Source: an uncultured Nitrososphaerota archaeon (GTDB taxonomy: Archaea; Thermoproteota; Nitrososphaeria; Nitrososphaerales; CADDZS01). From it: a DNA stretch of 64,000 nucleotides. The stretch lies in the NCBI GenBank assembly GCA_963799845.1, contig CAWCYI010000006.1, positions 1,536,001 through 1,600,000 on the forward strand, given 5' to 3'. Numbering within the stretch: the stretch's first letter is position 1; every line of letters starts with the position of its first letter. Shown piece by piece: positions 30,079 to 40,587 of this stretch. The position numbers and the translations under genes are program-made. The notes under the pieces are model-generated. The model was not told the DNA's origin. It saw only the letters and a program-made list of their open reading frames with translations, and made no database searches.

Positions 30079-30283
30079 TTTTAACAAAATAGAAACAGGA
30101 GGAATAGCTTCGAACAGTACACCGATCCTGACGGCTTGAAACCCATAGAGACGCACTTTTAGCCAAAGCCGACTACCCCAAGGAATAAATTTACACATCG
30201 GATTTGCAGCTGAGCTCGCAACAAAACTTGGGTTGTTTGACAAAATAGTACTTGTTTCTGAAATAATCTTGGGCCCGTAATTT

Positions 30284-31168
30284 TTGCCAATTTCTGGACG
30301 ACAGGTCTGCCGGAGATATTGTATCAAGGATTTCTACATGTGTACTACAATGAATAAATTAGATTCAAGGCTGAAAGGACATTTGGCAATGCACCCGGCG
30401 CTCGATCGCAGAATCTTGGAGAACAGGTGGATTTTCGCTTTCGCTTTATCTGCTTTGGCGTTGTGCGTTTTTGAAATTCTGGACTGGTACGAACTACCTT
30501 TTGAGACTTTCAGAGGAACCATCTCTACGTTTCCCCTGTTTGGGAGTCTTATTGCGGTTCTTCTGGCTTCAGGATACATCGGGCTCTTTATTGCGATGTT
30601 CCTGGAAAATATGGCGCTCCCTATTCCGAGCGAATTATTCCTCCCTCTTGCTGGCTATTTTATATTTCTGGGAAGGATGACCTTTCCGATTGCGATCGCA
30701 ATTAGCACTGCAGCTGGCCTGCTTGGGAGCCTTGCGATATATTTTGTTGCCCTAAAACTCGGGCCGCCAGTCGTTTATTCTGTTGCACGTAGATTGGGAA
30801 TAAGTCAAGGCACCCTGGCAAGGTCTGAAGTCTGGCTCAGTGGAAGATACGGTTCAGCAATTATCCTTGCAGCACGATTTGTGCCGGGGTTGAGATCTTC
30901 AATTTCAATTCCCGCAGGAGTTCTAAGAATGAATCCGGTCAGATTTGCTACAACGACTTTGATAGGTTCATTTGGCTGGTCTGCGTTGTTAATGTATCTT
31001 GGTTACTCGGCGGGGCCATTGTGGGTCGCGAGCGAAAATATCATAACGAATGCTTTCATTCAGGCACTGCCTTACGCGGTGGCCATTGTTTCGTCTGGTT
31101 TCATCATCAATTATATGGTTCAGAAAACCCTAGTACTTCGCGCTGACCGAACATTATCAAATCTTTGA
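30284..31168 (+). CDS. DedA family membrane protein (start probably near 30389)
   Basis: 'FLENMALPIPSE', 'ARFVPGLRS..SIPAG'. Confidence 0.9.
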   Translation: MPISGRQVCRRYCIKDFYMCTTMNKLDSRLKGHLAMHPALDRRILENRWIFAFALSALALCVFEILDWYELPFETFRGTISTFPLFGSLIAVLLASGYIGLFIAMFLENMALPIPSELFLPLAGYFIFLGRMTFPIAIAISTAAGLLGSLAIYFVALKLGPPVVYSVARRLGISQGTLARSEVWLSGRYGSAIILAARFVPGLRSSISIPAGVLRMNPVRFATTTLIGSFGWSALLMYLGYSAGPLWVASENIITNAFIQALPYAVAIVSSGFIINYMVQKTLVLRADRTLSNL

Positions 31169-31208
31169 AGATCACTTTTCTCAGGATGAAGGAAGCAACT
31201 GATCAGTA

Positions 31209-32226
31209 GTGAGTAACAAGAATTACAAATCTCAAAAGACTCAGGATCAGGTACCAAGCAAACTAACAGTCTCAAGGTCTGAAGCGGGAAGACGCCTCGA
31301 CAGGTTTCAAGCTTTCATCGGATTCTCCCTTATCTTCTCTGCAGCTTTCGGGAGTTACCTGCTCGCGACCGATAAATCTCTCTGGATCCTCGCGATCTCA
31401 CACGCATACGGACTGCTGGCGATCTGTGCAATCGACTTGGTACTTGCGGCCTTAAATTTTCTCTCGGTCAGAAAGGTGCTTTTTCCCACACTTGGGTGGG
31501 CAATCCTTACCATATTGCTACAGGTCGGTGATATCGCGACTGCGCCGCAATTTGGAATGAAGATCCCGTATTTTGCGAGATACTTGTTCGGCCTCTGGGC
31601 ATTCGACGGAATACTATTGATGCAGGGAATAATAATCGTGATAGGACTGTCTGGAAGATCGTACCAGAGACTCCTAGCAAAGAGAAGAAGGCAGCAGTCT
31701 TACTTCGACATGGGCCTCAAGTCTTCTAGAAGAGATTTCTTGCAGATCGGAGGCACAATCGGGGCATTTTTTGTACTTGCTGCTGCTCTCGGAATATGGA
31801 CCACTCTGACCCCTCCAGAGAATCTTCCCACAACGTCTACTCCTTCAACCGGAGGCAATTCGGCGACAACCCAGACGTCTAACCTTCCGTCCGGTGCAAT
31901 AGCGAACATCAATGGCTTGCAGGTCGGCGTCCCGCAATACTTTGACTATCCTTCGTCTGGGTACACGAACATGCTGATGAAGAAAGCCGACGGTACCGTA
32001 ACTGCCATAAGCATCTTGTGCACGCATGTCTGTTGCCAATGCCAGTACCGACAGTACGACGACCTACTTGTACTGTCCCTGTCACGGCTCCGAGTTTGAT
32101 CAAAACGGAAATGTCTTGAGAGGGCCGGCCGCAACTAAATTACCTTCGATTCAACTGAATGTCGATAGCAAAGGAAACATCTTTCCGATAAAAGTCGTCG
32201 GCTCCGGACCTTGTGTTTCTGGCTAG
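31209..32226 (+). CDS. Polytopic membrane protein with internal twin-arginine motif and C-terminal Rieske [2Fe-2S] domain (frameshift near 32045)
   Basis: Four TMs, 'SSRRDFLQ' + TM, CTHVCC box 1; CPCHGS box 2 and GPA..LP in ORF 32026-32226. Confidence 0.85.
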
Positions 32227-32257
32227 TTTGAACTAAAACATCAAAAATTTGTTTTTT

Positions 32258-32653
32258 TTAAAGATCCGATCTCTCTTCTCGCGACTCCCGATTATGGGAT
32301 GGCTCAGTTGACTTTACATTTCTCTTTGGTCGCACAACAAGAGCAACGAAAAATATAGTCAAAGTTAGAAAGTCCATCACCGAGTTAAAGAGCTCGCCGC
32401 TCAAGTTAGAGAATGGTAGTGTTTCTGCAACTTGTTTTACAAAAAACGTCAGGAATCCGAAAGAAACTATCAGCAGCGTTGGCTGCCTCCCTCTTTTAGC
32501 CCAGGCATATAGTGTGATCGCGAACAATAGAAAAGAAAATACGCCAGTTGCTAAATCCAAGCCGAATTCTATCGGTCCCTCGTTTCCAAACAAGTCTCCA
32601 AATTGGAGTACTGAGGCCACCCCTTGGATACTAATAACCGATTCTGGGATCAT
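32258..32653 (-). CDS. Small three-TM membrane protein
   Basis: Hydrophobic helices; downstream of the wHTH gene. Confidence 0.7.
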   Translation of the reverse strand: MIPESVISIQGVASVLQFGDLFGNEGPIEFGLDLATGVFSFLLFAITLYAWAKRGRQPTLLIVSFGFLTFFVKQVAETLPFSNLSGELFNSVMDFLTLTIFFVALVVRPKRNVKSTEPSHNRESREERSDL

Positions 32654-32695
32654 TTTTTCTCACTCTTTATTCTATCCGTTTTCTTGAATTTTCCC

Positions 32696-33286
32696 TTACT
32701 TGTCGTCTTCTTTTCCCTCACGCTCAACTTCGTCAGGGTCCAAATCTCTTTCTTCGTCTCCTAGGGACGATGCTGAGACCTCGTTTATCGCATTCGCGAA
32801 CCTGTCGACCCATTTCTGCCATGAACTCGGATGATACCTTCTAACTAGGTTGATTATTTCAGTTGGATCGCCTATCACTTCGTACTTCACGAATTGAGCT
32901 TCATGCCTGACCAGTACGAGCTTGGAACCAACTAGTCGCTTCATGTGCCAGTTTACCGTTCCCGGGGACATTCGGGCGAATTCTGAAAGCTCCTTCTGAC
33001 CGGAACCGGGATTTTGAATAAGATAGAGAAGCAAATCTCTTTCCGTCTCTTGTGAGAGCACGTCCAGAATTTCTTGTTGGTGTTCGCCGAAGACAAGCGA
33101 GAGATAAAATCGCTTGTATAGCCCACCTCTTCGCGAAATAATTTTTCTTTCCCTTTCAAGAGTATAGAGATGATACTGGGTCACTCCCATAGATATGTTG
33201 AGGTCTCGCTTGATCTGGCGAAGATGTGCGCCGGGATGTGCCTTGATGTATTGAAGAACCTGTTCTCTTGTCTCGACCGCGGTCGA
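32696..33286 (-). CDS. Double winged-HTH transcriptional regulator (start codon damaged)
   Basis: In-frame upstream 'REQVLQYIKAHPGAHLRQIKRDLNISMGVTQYHL'; second HTH 'NPGSGQKELS...TVNWHMKRL'. Confidence 0.8.
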   Translation of the reverse strand, partial: STAVETREQVLQYIKAHPGAHLRQIKRDLNISMGVTQYHLYTLERERKIISRRGGLYKRFYLSLVFGEHQQEILDVLSQETERDLLLYLIQNPGSGQKELSEFARMSPGTVNWHMKRLVGSKLVLVRHEAQFVKYEVIGDPTEIINLVRRYHPSSWQKWVDRFANAINEVSASSLGDEERDLDPDEVEREGKEDDK

Positions 33287-33618
33287 CTAAATTCCGCTCC
33301 GGGCAATATGCGTCTTGTATTTTTGCGGAGATAACGCTTTCCCATTTCATCTTGAATTGATCACAACATATTTCAAAATTAACTGCTAATGGAAACAAAG
33401 CTGCGGCTATTCATCGATTTTGGTACATTTGTGAAAATGGGAAAATTAGATTCCCGGGTAAAATCGTGCGCAGCTCTTTTCGCAATATTCATCGATTTTA
33501 CGTCCTCAATCCGCGGAAGCATACCGAGAATTCCGATTCGGTTTTGACAACTGTACTAGAATGGATAAATCATTCGGGACCTTTCTGTGATAAAATATCT
33601 TAAAATTTAGGTGAAAAA

Positions 33619-34920
33619 ATGAATTCAAAAACGAGAGTAACAATAATCTTTGGTACGTCGTTGTCAGCGATATTTCTCTTGTCTTCAGGAATATTCGTAG
33701 TTGCAGGTGCAACGAGCCTTCCGACTTTTGCTCCAGCTTTCAATCTGAGTAATGATGGTTTTAGGGCGACAGATCCGAATGTTCAAAACAGTGGATCTAA
33801 TGTTTATGTGGTTTGGACAGAAGGCCCTCACGGAATATACTTCAGGGCAAGCTCTGATGACGGAACAACATGGAATCCACCCACATCTTCTTCCGCCTTG
33901 AAGATAAGCAGTTCTAGAGGAAACACTAATGCTCCATTAATGACGGATTCCGGAAACTATGTTTACATAGTCTGGCCGCAAAGTTCTCAAATCTATTTTG
34001 CGGTGAGCACGAATAATGGAGCATCATTTTCTGCACCATTAGTAGTCAGCACTTCTGGCGTCACTTCTCTTACTCCAGTAATTGCGGCGTACGGTAGTGA
34101 TGTGTACGTTGCGTATGATGGGGGCGGACATTCTTACGTAACAGCCAGTTCTAACAATGGAGCAACTTGGACAAAACCATTCCTGTATGGCTCGGGGCCA
34201 GAACCACAGGTTGCCGCGTGGAGTACGAATGCATATGCAATCGCAGACAGTTCGAGCAGAGCCACTACTGCAATAGCTGTAACCCATAACAATGGGGTTA
34301 GCTGGACTAAGACAGGATCAAGCGGAGGTTCAGAACCGTGGATCGCGGCTCAAGGGACAAACGTGATCGCTGCCTGGGAAACAAAAGGTAGCACAAGCAA
34401 AGTGTACGTCATCACAAGTACAAACTCTGGCACCACATTCACAAAGCCGTTCTTGTTATCCTCGACTGTACCTGATTCTTGGGCACCAATGGTAAACGTC
34501 ACAGGAAATACGGAATACGTCGCCTGGAGATCTCATCCCGGAGGTTCACTTTCACAGGAATATGTTTCAACTTCACCCAATGCCGGAGTAGCGTGGTCTT
34601 CTCCGACCGCTATCGGCATCTCTGGTCATGACAATGAATGGCCATTCACCATCGCGGCTTCTGGAAGCAATGCGTTCATCATGTGGAGTGAAAAGACAAA
34701 CACGCTATCGTCGTCCGGTGATTGGCAGACGCAGGTATCTTACAGCGGTGACAGTGGTTCGACATGGACACTGCTGCCATCATTGACCACAAGTCCATCT
34801 TCTGGTGCATCTCCCGAACAAGATATTGCTACAGGTGCGATCAGCGCCTCCTCGACGAGTGCATTCGCGGTCTGGGAGAATAACGCAACAACTCCTCAGA
34901 TCTATTTCAGTTTGTCGTAG
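33619..34920 (+). CDS. Secreted BNR/Asp-box repeat (sialidase-like propeller) protein
   Basis: Signal peptide; repeated SxDxGxTW-like motifs (SDDGTTW, TNNGASF, SNNGATW, GDSGSTW) and 'VYVVW'. Confidence 0.85.
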   Translation: MNSKTRVTIIFGTSLSAIFLLSSGIFVVAGATSLPTFAPAFNLSNDGFRATDPNVQNSGSNVYVVWTEGPHGIYFRASSDDGTTWNPPTSSSALKISSSRGNTNAPLMTDSGNYVYIVWPQSSQIYFAVSTNNGASFSAPLVVSTSGVTSLTPVIAAYGSDVYVAYDGGGHSYVTASSNNGATWTKPFLYGSGPEPQVAAWSTNAYAIADSSSRATTAIAVTHNNGVSWTKTGSSGGSEPWIAAQGTNVIAAWETKGSTSKVYVITSTNSGTTFTKPFLLSSTVPDSWAPMVNVTGNTEYVAWRSHPGGSLSQEYVSTSPNAGVAWSSPTAIGISGHDNEWPFTIAASGSNAFIMWSEKTNTLSSSGDWQTQVSYSGDSGSTWTLLPSLTTSPSSGASPEQDIATGAISASSTSAFAVWENNATTPQIYFSLS

Positions 34921-35040
34921 CTTGAATAGCAGAGAAATTTAAGTCGGAAGCGAGTATATCGGGTCTATTTCGAATGTCTGCGAAATTCCAGTTTGAAGAT
35001 CTACCTTAATAATTAGGCGTACTCCACAGATTGCTTTCAA

Positions 35041-35094
35041 TCAGCTCGTTTCGAGCCCTGTAGCTCAGGAGAGCTCGTTTCATGCCTGTTTACT
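35041..35094. repeat. Direct repeat copy 1 (about 55-75 bp)
   Basis: TCAGCTCGTTTCGAGCCCTGTAGCTCAGGAGAGCTCGTTTCATGCCTGTTTACT; near-identical to 36646-36701. Confidence 0.85.
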
Positions 35095-35517
35095 ACGACC
35101 ATCTTTCTTTAAACTGATATTGTGATATTACAGTGGCTTACAGCAACTTTGAAAATGAAAGCTTCCTATGGCCGACCGAAAATTTCGGCTTCCTCTTTGT
35201 CGCTCATGAAAGACCACCCCCAAGCAAAATGCGATGGAGAGTATCTGTTCTTGCAATTTTTCACCATGAAATCAAATGGCCTCATTCAATGAAACGGGAC
35301 TACGAAATTGCAAGCGTAGCCTTTCCCCAAGCCTGTTCAGTTCTTCGTGCGTTTTCTTTACTCATTCTAATGGCGGCCATTACATAACCTCGCTGCATAG
35401 GGTTCACTTTTTAGCTTGCGCTTTCCAACTGTCCAGAAAGTATCCGTTCATCTTCGTGCTCCGAAAGGTTGTCGAAATTCTAAACGTTTATTTGTTTGTT
35501 TACATTCATGTGGACAT

Positions 35518-35748
35518 ATGAGTAGTGCGGTTGTGTCTACGCGGATAAGCAAGAAGGATAGAGATACTTTGAGAGACGCGGGAATCGATGTTTCTGCTGA
35601 GTCGAGAAAGCACTTGGAACAAGTTGCGGCGAATATCAGACGGAGAAAGGGGATTGAACGGCTTCACAAAACGATCGATAAGTTGATGCCTCCAGCCGCA
35701 CAGGGTTACGCCAGCAGGAGTGTAAGGGAAGACCGTGAGAGTAATTGA
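35518..35748 (+). CDS. vapB: VapB-type antitoxin
   Basis: 'SAVVSTRISK...GIDVSAESRKHLE...SVREDRES'; overlaps the PIN gene. Confidence 0.8.
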   Translation: MSSAVVSTRISKKDRDTLRDAGIDVSAESRKHLEQVAANIRRRKGIERLHKTIDKLMPPAAQGYASRSVREDRESN

Positions 35749-36157
35749 TTCTTCCAGCCTGGGTAAGTATGTGAACAAGGAACAGAGGTGGGAAGAAGTT
35801 GAAGCAAAGCTTGCTGCCAAGGAGACTTCCACGCTGGATTTTGCCATGCACGAAGTGGGAAATAGCGTCTGGAAGAGAGTTTTGAAGAAAGAGGTGTCGA
35901 ACCAAGATGCGCTGGCTACGTACAAAGATTTTGTACGCGCAGTATTCGAAGATGGTCTAGTTATACTAGTGCAAGCGAATTCAGATTTGCTCAACGCTTC
36001 ACTAGAACTGGCCATTCAAGAAAAAACCGCGACATACGACAGCGCTTTCATTGAATTGGCTCACAAGAACAAATGTGAGCTGATTACATCGGATGAGAGA
36101 CAGCATTTCATTTCAAAGAAACATTATCCTACGATGCATGTCACATACATAAGATAG
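35735..36157 (+). CDS. vapC: VapC PIN-domain toxin
   Basis: VIDSS, EVGN, TYDSAFIELA, LITSD. Confidence 0.9.
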   Translation: MRVIDSSSLGKYVNKEQRWEEVEAKLAAKETSTLDFAMHEVGNSVWKRVLKKEVSNQDALATYKDFVRAVFEDGLVILVQANSDLLNASLELAIQEKTATYDSAFIELAHKNKCELITSDERQHFISKKHYPTMHVTYIR

Positions 36158-36645
36158 ACATATTCGCGAGAGATCGATTTACTTAACTTTTGAGGGGAGG
36201 CTCCATTCGTCGAAGCCATCGCACAGGATCGTGAAAAAGCGTGATCAATTGCATCGAGGTTTTAATGGTAGCTGATCTAACCAATTCTCCGAGGATTGGA
36301 ACCTGTTCTGACCTAGTCCGAGTTACGATTCTTGGAATCCCAAAATCTCACTACATCGAGGTTCCGCTACTAATCAACTCTACTTCGTAAATGGTCGAAA
36401 ATAAGAGAACATTCCAATTGATTTTTCCAGAGAAAATCAATGAGCAAGATGAGATCACTGAATAAACTGACACGTTGGATCTAAATTTTGCTGGTCTGTC
36501 CGTGAACTCCAGAAGCTTCCGAATAGCCTCTTTTTCCGTTCGTATACTAGTTACCATTGATTCGTTAAGAAAAAAATTTTCTGCGTTTCTACACACGTGA
36601 GCACTTTTTGGCCGAATAGCTACGTTCGAGCTCTGTTCAATGCGT

Positions 36646-36701
36646 TCAGCTCGTTTCGAGCTCTGTAAGCTCAGGACAGCTCGTTTCATGCCCTGTTTAC
36701 T
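36646..36701. repeat. Direct repeat copy 2
   Basis: TCAGCTCGTTTCGAGCTCTGTAAGCTCAGGACAGCTCGTTTCATGCCCTGTTTACT. Confidence 0.85.
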
Positions 36702-36756
36702 GCGGATATCTTTTTCTTGACTGTTACTCTAATAGTATAATGTAACTGTAACTGAA

Positions 36757-37068
36757 CTAGGTATCTTCATTTCTTAATTTATCAAGCAATTTTTTCATGT
36801 CTGCAACCGACCGTTCTTTGGCGGCCGACCCTGCTGCATTATAGAGCGAGAGCTTTGGCATTTGGATTCTCGATGTCATTCTAGCTCCTATCCTTACTTT
36901 TTTTGGAAGTGGTGGTACCGACTCTATCATAATATCTCGAAGATCAATACGAAGTTTAGCCAGCGTAGTGGACAACGAATCGAGACTGTCTGCTTCGGCA
37001 ATCTTCTTACCATCCTTGATGGCTAGATACAATCTCTTAGGACTGGCCCGGCGAGTTTTAGAATCCAC
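36757..37068 (-). CDS. Small hypothetical, DUF5678-like antitoxin pattern
   Basis: 'YLAIKDGKKIAEADSLDSL'. Confidence 0.45.
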   Translation of the reverse strand: MDSKTRRASPKRLYLAIKDGKKIAEADSLDSLSTTLAKLRIDLRDIMIESVPPLPKKVRIGARMTSRIQMPKLSLYNAAGSAAKERSVADMKKLLDKLRNEDT

Positions 37069-37128
37069 TATTCAACTCAGCTCTCACCCCTCTTCAACGC
37101 TACCCGATAAAGATTTCAAAAATTGGCT

Positions 37129-37440
37129 TCATACATCAGTGAAGAATCTCTTCAGGAACGAAGTAATCACATCATTCTCTTTGGGATTCAGAGAAACCTG
37201 CAATCCATAAGACGTCTGTTTTGGAATAATCCAGCCGTGCTTAATCAGATCCTTGGCTAGTTTTTCCACACGCTTTGCACCATGCTTGCCGAGGTCTGTC
37301 TCCTTGAACCCCTTTTGGAGATTATCGAAAGCGGTATGGCTAGCTCCCCAGTTTCCTCTCCTGTGCAACTTGAGAATAATTAGCGCTTTGATTTCATCGT
37401 CAGAAAGCATGAGTTCACTTTTGATACTTTTGAAGTGCAT
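37129..37440 (-). CDS. Small basic winged-helix-like hypothetical protein
   Basis: 'KLHRRGNWGASHT...LIKHGWIIPKQTSYGLQVSLNP'. Confidence 0.6.
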   Translation of the reverse strand: MHFKSIKSELMLSDDEIKALIILKLHRRGNWGASHTAFDNLQKGFKETDLGKHGAKRVEKLAKDLIKHGWIIPKQTSYGLQVSLNPKENDVITSFLKRFFTDV

Positions 37441-37474
37441 ATTTAAATACTTGTAAATCCTTACAGAGGATTCG

Positions 37475-37825
37475 ATGAGCTACAAATCCGACGAGACACT
37501 ATTGCTCAAGTACCTCGGCGCAAGCCCGACTTTGCGGATAGTGGACTTTTTTCTGGACAACCCACTCTCAGACTATTCAAAGAACGAGATTGTGAATAAC
37601 CTTGCGATGAGCAGGATGACGTTCTTCAAGTACTGGAGGGAACTGGAAAAATCCAGCGCCGTAAAGCCCACAAGGCAGATCGGAAGGGCCACGATGTACC
37701 AACTCGACAGGACTAACGATGTCGTGAAACAATTGATCAAGCTGGATATGACTCTCGCAAGCAAGACCATGCGGAAAGCTGTCGAAAAATATGAGAAACC
37801 GATTGAAGTGAAGTCTAGAAGCTAA
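37475..37825 (+). CDS. Winged-HTH protein
   Basis: 'RIVDFFL...DYSKNEI...SRMTFFKYWRELE...TRQIGRATMYQL'. Confidence 0.8.
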   Translation: MSYKSDETLLLKYLGASPTLRIVDFFLDNPLSDYSKNEIVNNLAMSRMTFFKYWRELEKSSAVKPTRQIGRATMYQLDRTNDVVKQLIKLDMTLASKTMRKAVEKYEKPIEVKSRS

Positions 37826-37900
37826 TACATAACAAGGGACATTCGGGGACTTCGCTAATCTAATTAATTCTCCTCGGAAGAGACACCTCGTTTACAAAAA

Positions 37901-38791
37901 ATGAAATTTGGCGTTTGCGTTCCAAACTACGGAGAATCCCTCTCGGTCGAGGGAATGCGCGCTGTCGGCTTGGAAGCGGAAAAGTTGGGTTACGATTCTA
38001 TCTGGACTACGGATCACATCCTGATGCCGAAAAACAGCGGCACTCCCTACGAGCAGATTTTCGATTCCATCGCGAGCCTTGCATACCTCGCTCCGCAGAC
38101 AAATAGAGTCAAACTGGGAATCTCCTCTTTGATAATCGGAATGCGAAATCCTGTCGTGGCAGCAAAGCAGCTCGCTTCAATAGACACTTTCTCGGGCGGT
38201 CGAGTCCTTGTCGCGATGGCGTCCGGATGGAATGAGACAGAGTTTTCATTCTTGGGGGCTGATTATCACAGACGCGGAAAAAAACTCGATGAATCGATTA
38301 AGCTCTTCAGAGAACTGTGGGAGGGCGAAACAAAATTTCACGGGAGCGCGCTCTCAGTAAATTTTGAGAACGCCGTTTTCGAGCCGAGACCTTCGAGGCC
38401 GCATCTTTCGATTCTCATAGGTGGCCAGAGCGGGGCTGCAATGAAGCGAGCCGTAGCTTTGGGGGACGGTTGGCACCCGAACGTCTTCCCGCTTGATACA
38501 TTCAGAAAACTCGTCGATCAATTCAGGAAGATTTCGCCGATGGCAAAAGACAAAGAGATCTGTGTCCGAATAGGGCTGAATACCATGGCGAAGGAGTCGG
38601 AATACATCGGAGCTACCGGAGAAAAGAGGATACTATTTTCCGGCGACATGTCGAAAAATCACCAGCTCCTCTCCGAGCTCGAGAGTCTAGGGGTCTCGTC
38701 GGCGGTTCTCGTTCCAAACACGGATGGAAAGATCTCGACTGAAAACCAGCTGCAGAGCATAAGGGATTTTGCCAAAGAATTCTTGAAGTAA
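37901..38791 (+). CDS. LLM class (probably F420-dependent) oxidoreductase
   Basis: GYDSIWTTDH, RNPVVAAKQLASID..SGGR, GDGW. Confidence 0.92.
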   Translation: MKFGVCVPNYGESLSVEGMRAVGLEAEKLGYDSIWTTDHILMPKNSGTPYEQIFDSIASLAYLAPQTNRVKLGISSLIIGMRNPVVAAKQLASIDTFSGGRVLVAMASGWNETEFSFLGADYHRRGKKLDESIKLFRELWEGETKFHGSALSVNFENAVFEPRPSRPHLSILIGGQSGAAMKRAVALGDGWHPNVFPLDTFRKLVDQFRKISPMAKDKEICVRIGLNTMAKESEYIGATGEKRILFSGDMSKNHQLLSELESLGVSSAVLVPNTDGKISTENQLQSIRDFAKEFLK

Positions 38792-38846
38792 AAATCAAGA
38801 AATTATCGTTCCGGATTTTTCTCTAACAGATCGCAACCGCTAAAAT

Positions 38847-39161
38847 TCAGTTCTTGCCCTGCGGGGGAATGTTTTGGGGCCCGACAGGTTCCTCCGTCTT
38901 TGCGATTCCGGGAGGCGGAGCCATTTTAGGCTCGTCTTTTCTGATCTTGATATTCTTAACGAGAATGTTGCCGTTGAAGTTTACTCCAAAGGCAATGATC
39001 GTGGCAATTATCTCGGCTGATTCGTACCAGATCTTGAAATCTTGAACGAAAAAGTAAAGCAGCCCCCAGTTTACCACCGCTCCGACCGCACCAACAAGCA
39101 CGAACTTGAAGGCCTTCCTGCCGTAATCCCCAAGGTCAAGCATGATCGAGTCTATACTCAA
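38847..39161 (-). CDS. GtrA-like membrane protein
   Basis: 'FKFVLVGAVGAVVNWGLL...NF'. Confidence 0.75.
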   Translation of the reverse strand: MSIDSIMLDLGDYGRKAFKFVLVGAVGAVVNWGLLYFFVQDFKIWYESAEIIATIIAFGVNFNGNILVKNIKIRKDEPKMAPPPGIAKTEEPVGPQNIPPQGKN

Positions 39162-39604
39162 AAGGCCTATTTCAAACTACCCAGTATTTCCATTCGCAGG
39201 AACCGTTCCAAACGGCAGAACGCGCGCAAGGATATTCGCTTCTGTCAGGTTTACGGCACTCTTGAACTCATTTCAAAGAGTCGGCACACTTGATTGACTG
39301 CCAGCTGGGAAGATTACCATGCTTCAGTACCCTTCAAGTCAGCGACCTAAGACAAATCAATTCTACTACTTAGGAAACTTTCAACCCGTCATCAAATGTT
39401 ACCGTTGACGCTTTTCCGGGGGAGATAACACTTGAAGCTCGTCAAACGAAAATCGAGGGCGCGGTAGTACTTTTTTCGTTTTGATGTAGCTGAATTTTTC
39501 ATTTTAGAATCTCCGCAAATAACTTAAACCCGCAATGGATCTTCGGTGCAAGACCTGGCAATTTAGTTAGGTCATGCTAGATTTTACGAAATTTTTTTGG
39601 GTGA

Positions 39605-40574
39605 ATGATTTTTCTTGTTCGGACCTGGGAGCTCGGATGCAGATTGAGCAATCGCACCAACCTGTACGGGTATCTTGCGGTAGTTGTGACCAGTTTCCTC
39701 CTGGGTCTGTTCCCGACCGTATCCAAGCCGGTCATCGCAACTACGAACCCGCTATTCTTTACCTCAATCTGCGCTCTCGCCCCGTTTTTCGTTTTCACTC
39801 CTCTGTCGATCACCTCCTCCCGAAGAAACAAGGGGAAGATTCAGACTCCCGTGAAGGGGAGGAGGATCTATGGCATCGTAATGATCAGCGCATTTGTGGG
39901 GGGCATAGTAGGGCCTGTGGTTTATTTCTTTGGTCTGCAGACGACTGCCGCGTCAGACGCTTCTCTGCTGGCGAACGCCGAGATGGTGTTCACGATCGTC
40001 ATCGCTTCAATTGCTTTCCGAGAAAAATTAAGTCGGACAGGTCTCTTGGCGGTGATCCTGGTTTCAATCGGAGTTGTCGTCGTTACCACCAACCTGCAAT
40101 TTTCAAATTCCCTCTTCGATTTTGTGAGCCCAGGTCACCTGTTGATCCTCATGTCCGGCTTGTGCTGGGGGCTGGACAATAATATCATCACATACGCCTC
40201 GGAGAGAATCGACGTCGTGAAGTTTATCCAGTTAAGATCCAGCCTTACCGGGCAGGTACCTGCTGTTGCTGTCCTATCTCTCCTCCGTCTTCCCGCCAAA
40301 CGCTTCAGGACTCGGAAAGATATTCCTGATCGGCCTGCTCGTATTCGGAGGATCTCTTTACTTCAACTTCCTGGCGCTGAAGTGGCTGGGCGCGATCAGA
40401 TCGACCCTGATTTTCCCGATATCCTCGGTATTCGGGCTGATTGCCGCGTACATTATCCTAGATGAAACGATTGGAATCTATCAGATAGTCTCGGTGGGCG
40501 TGATCTTTGTCGGGATCTATCTCATGACGAGAACCGAAAGCGTGAGACGGGAGGCTAGCTACGATCTGCCGTAA
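39605..40574 (+). CDS. EamA/DMT family transporter (frameshift near 40250)
   Basis: 'GLQTTAASDASLL..EMVFT...FREK', 'WGLDNN'; C-terminus in ORF 40266-40574. Confidence 0.85.
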
Positions 40575-40587
40575 AGTCGCAGGTTAT

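Noticed and set aside
33287-33289. TAG at the expected start of the wHTH gene as recoding evidence
   Set aside because: TTAG after a GGAG RBS is explained by a one-base insertion in a TTG start
39238-39260. Additional degenerate copies of the tnpB-element TIR (also about 28978, 36304, 59943)
   Set aside because: Only partial matches, with no partner end or TSD; not distinguishable from chance by eye
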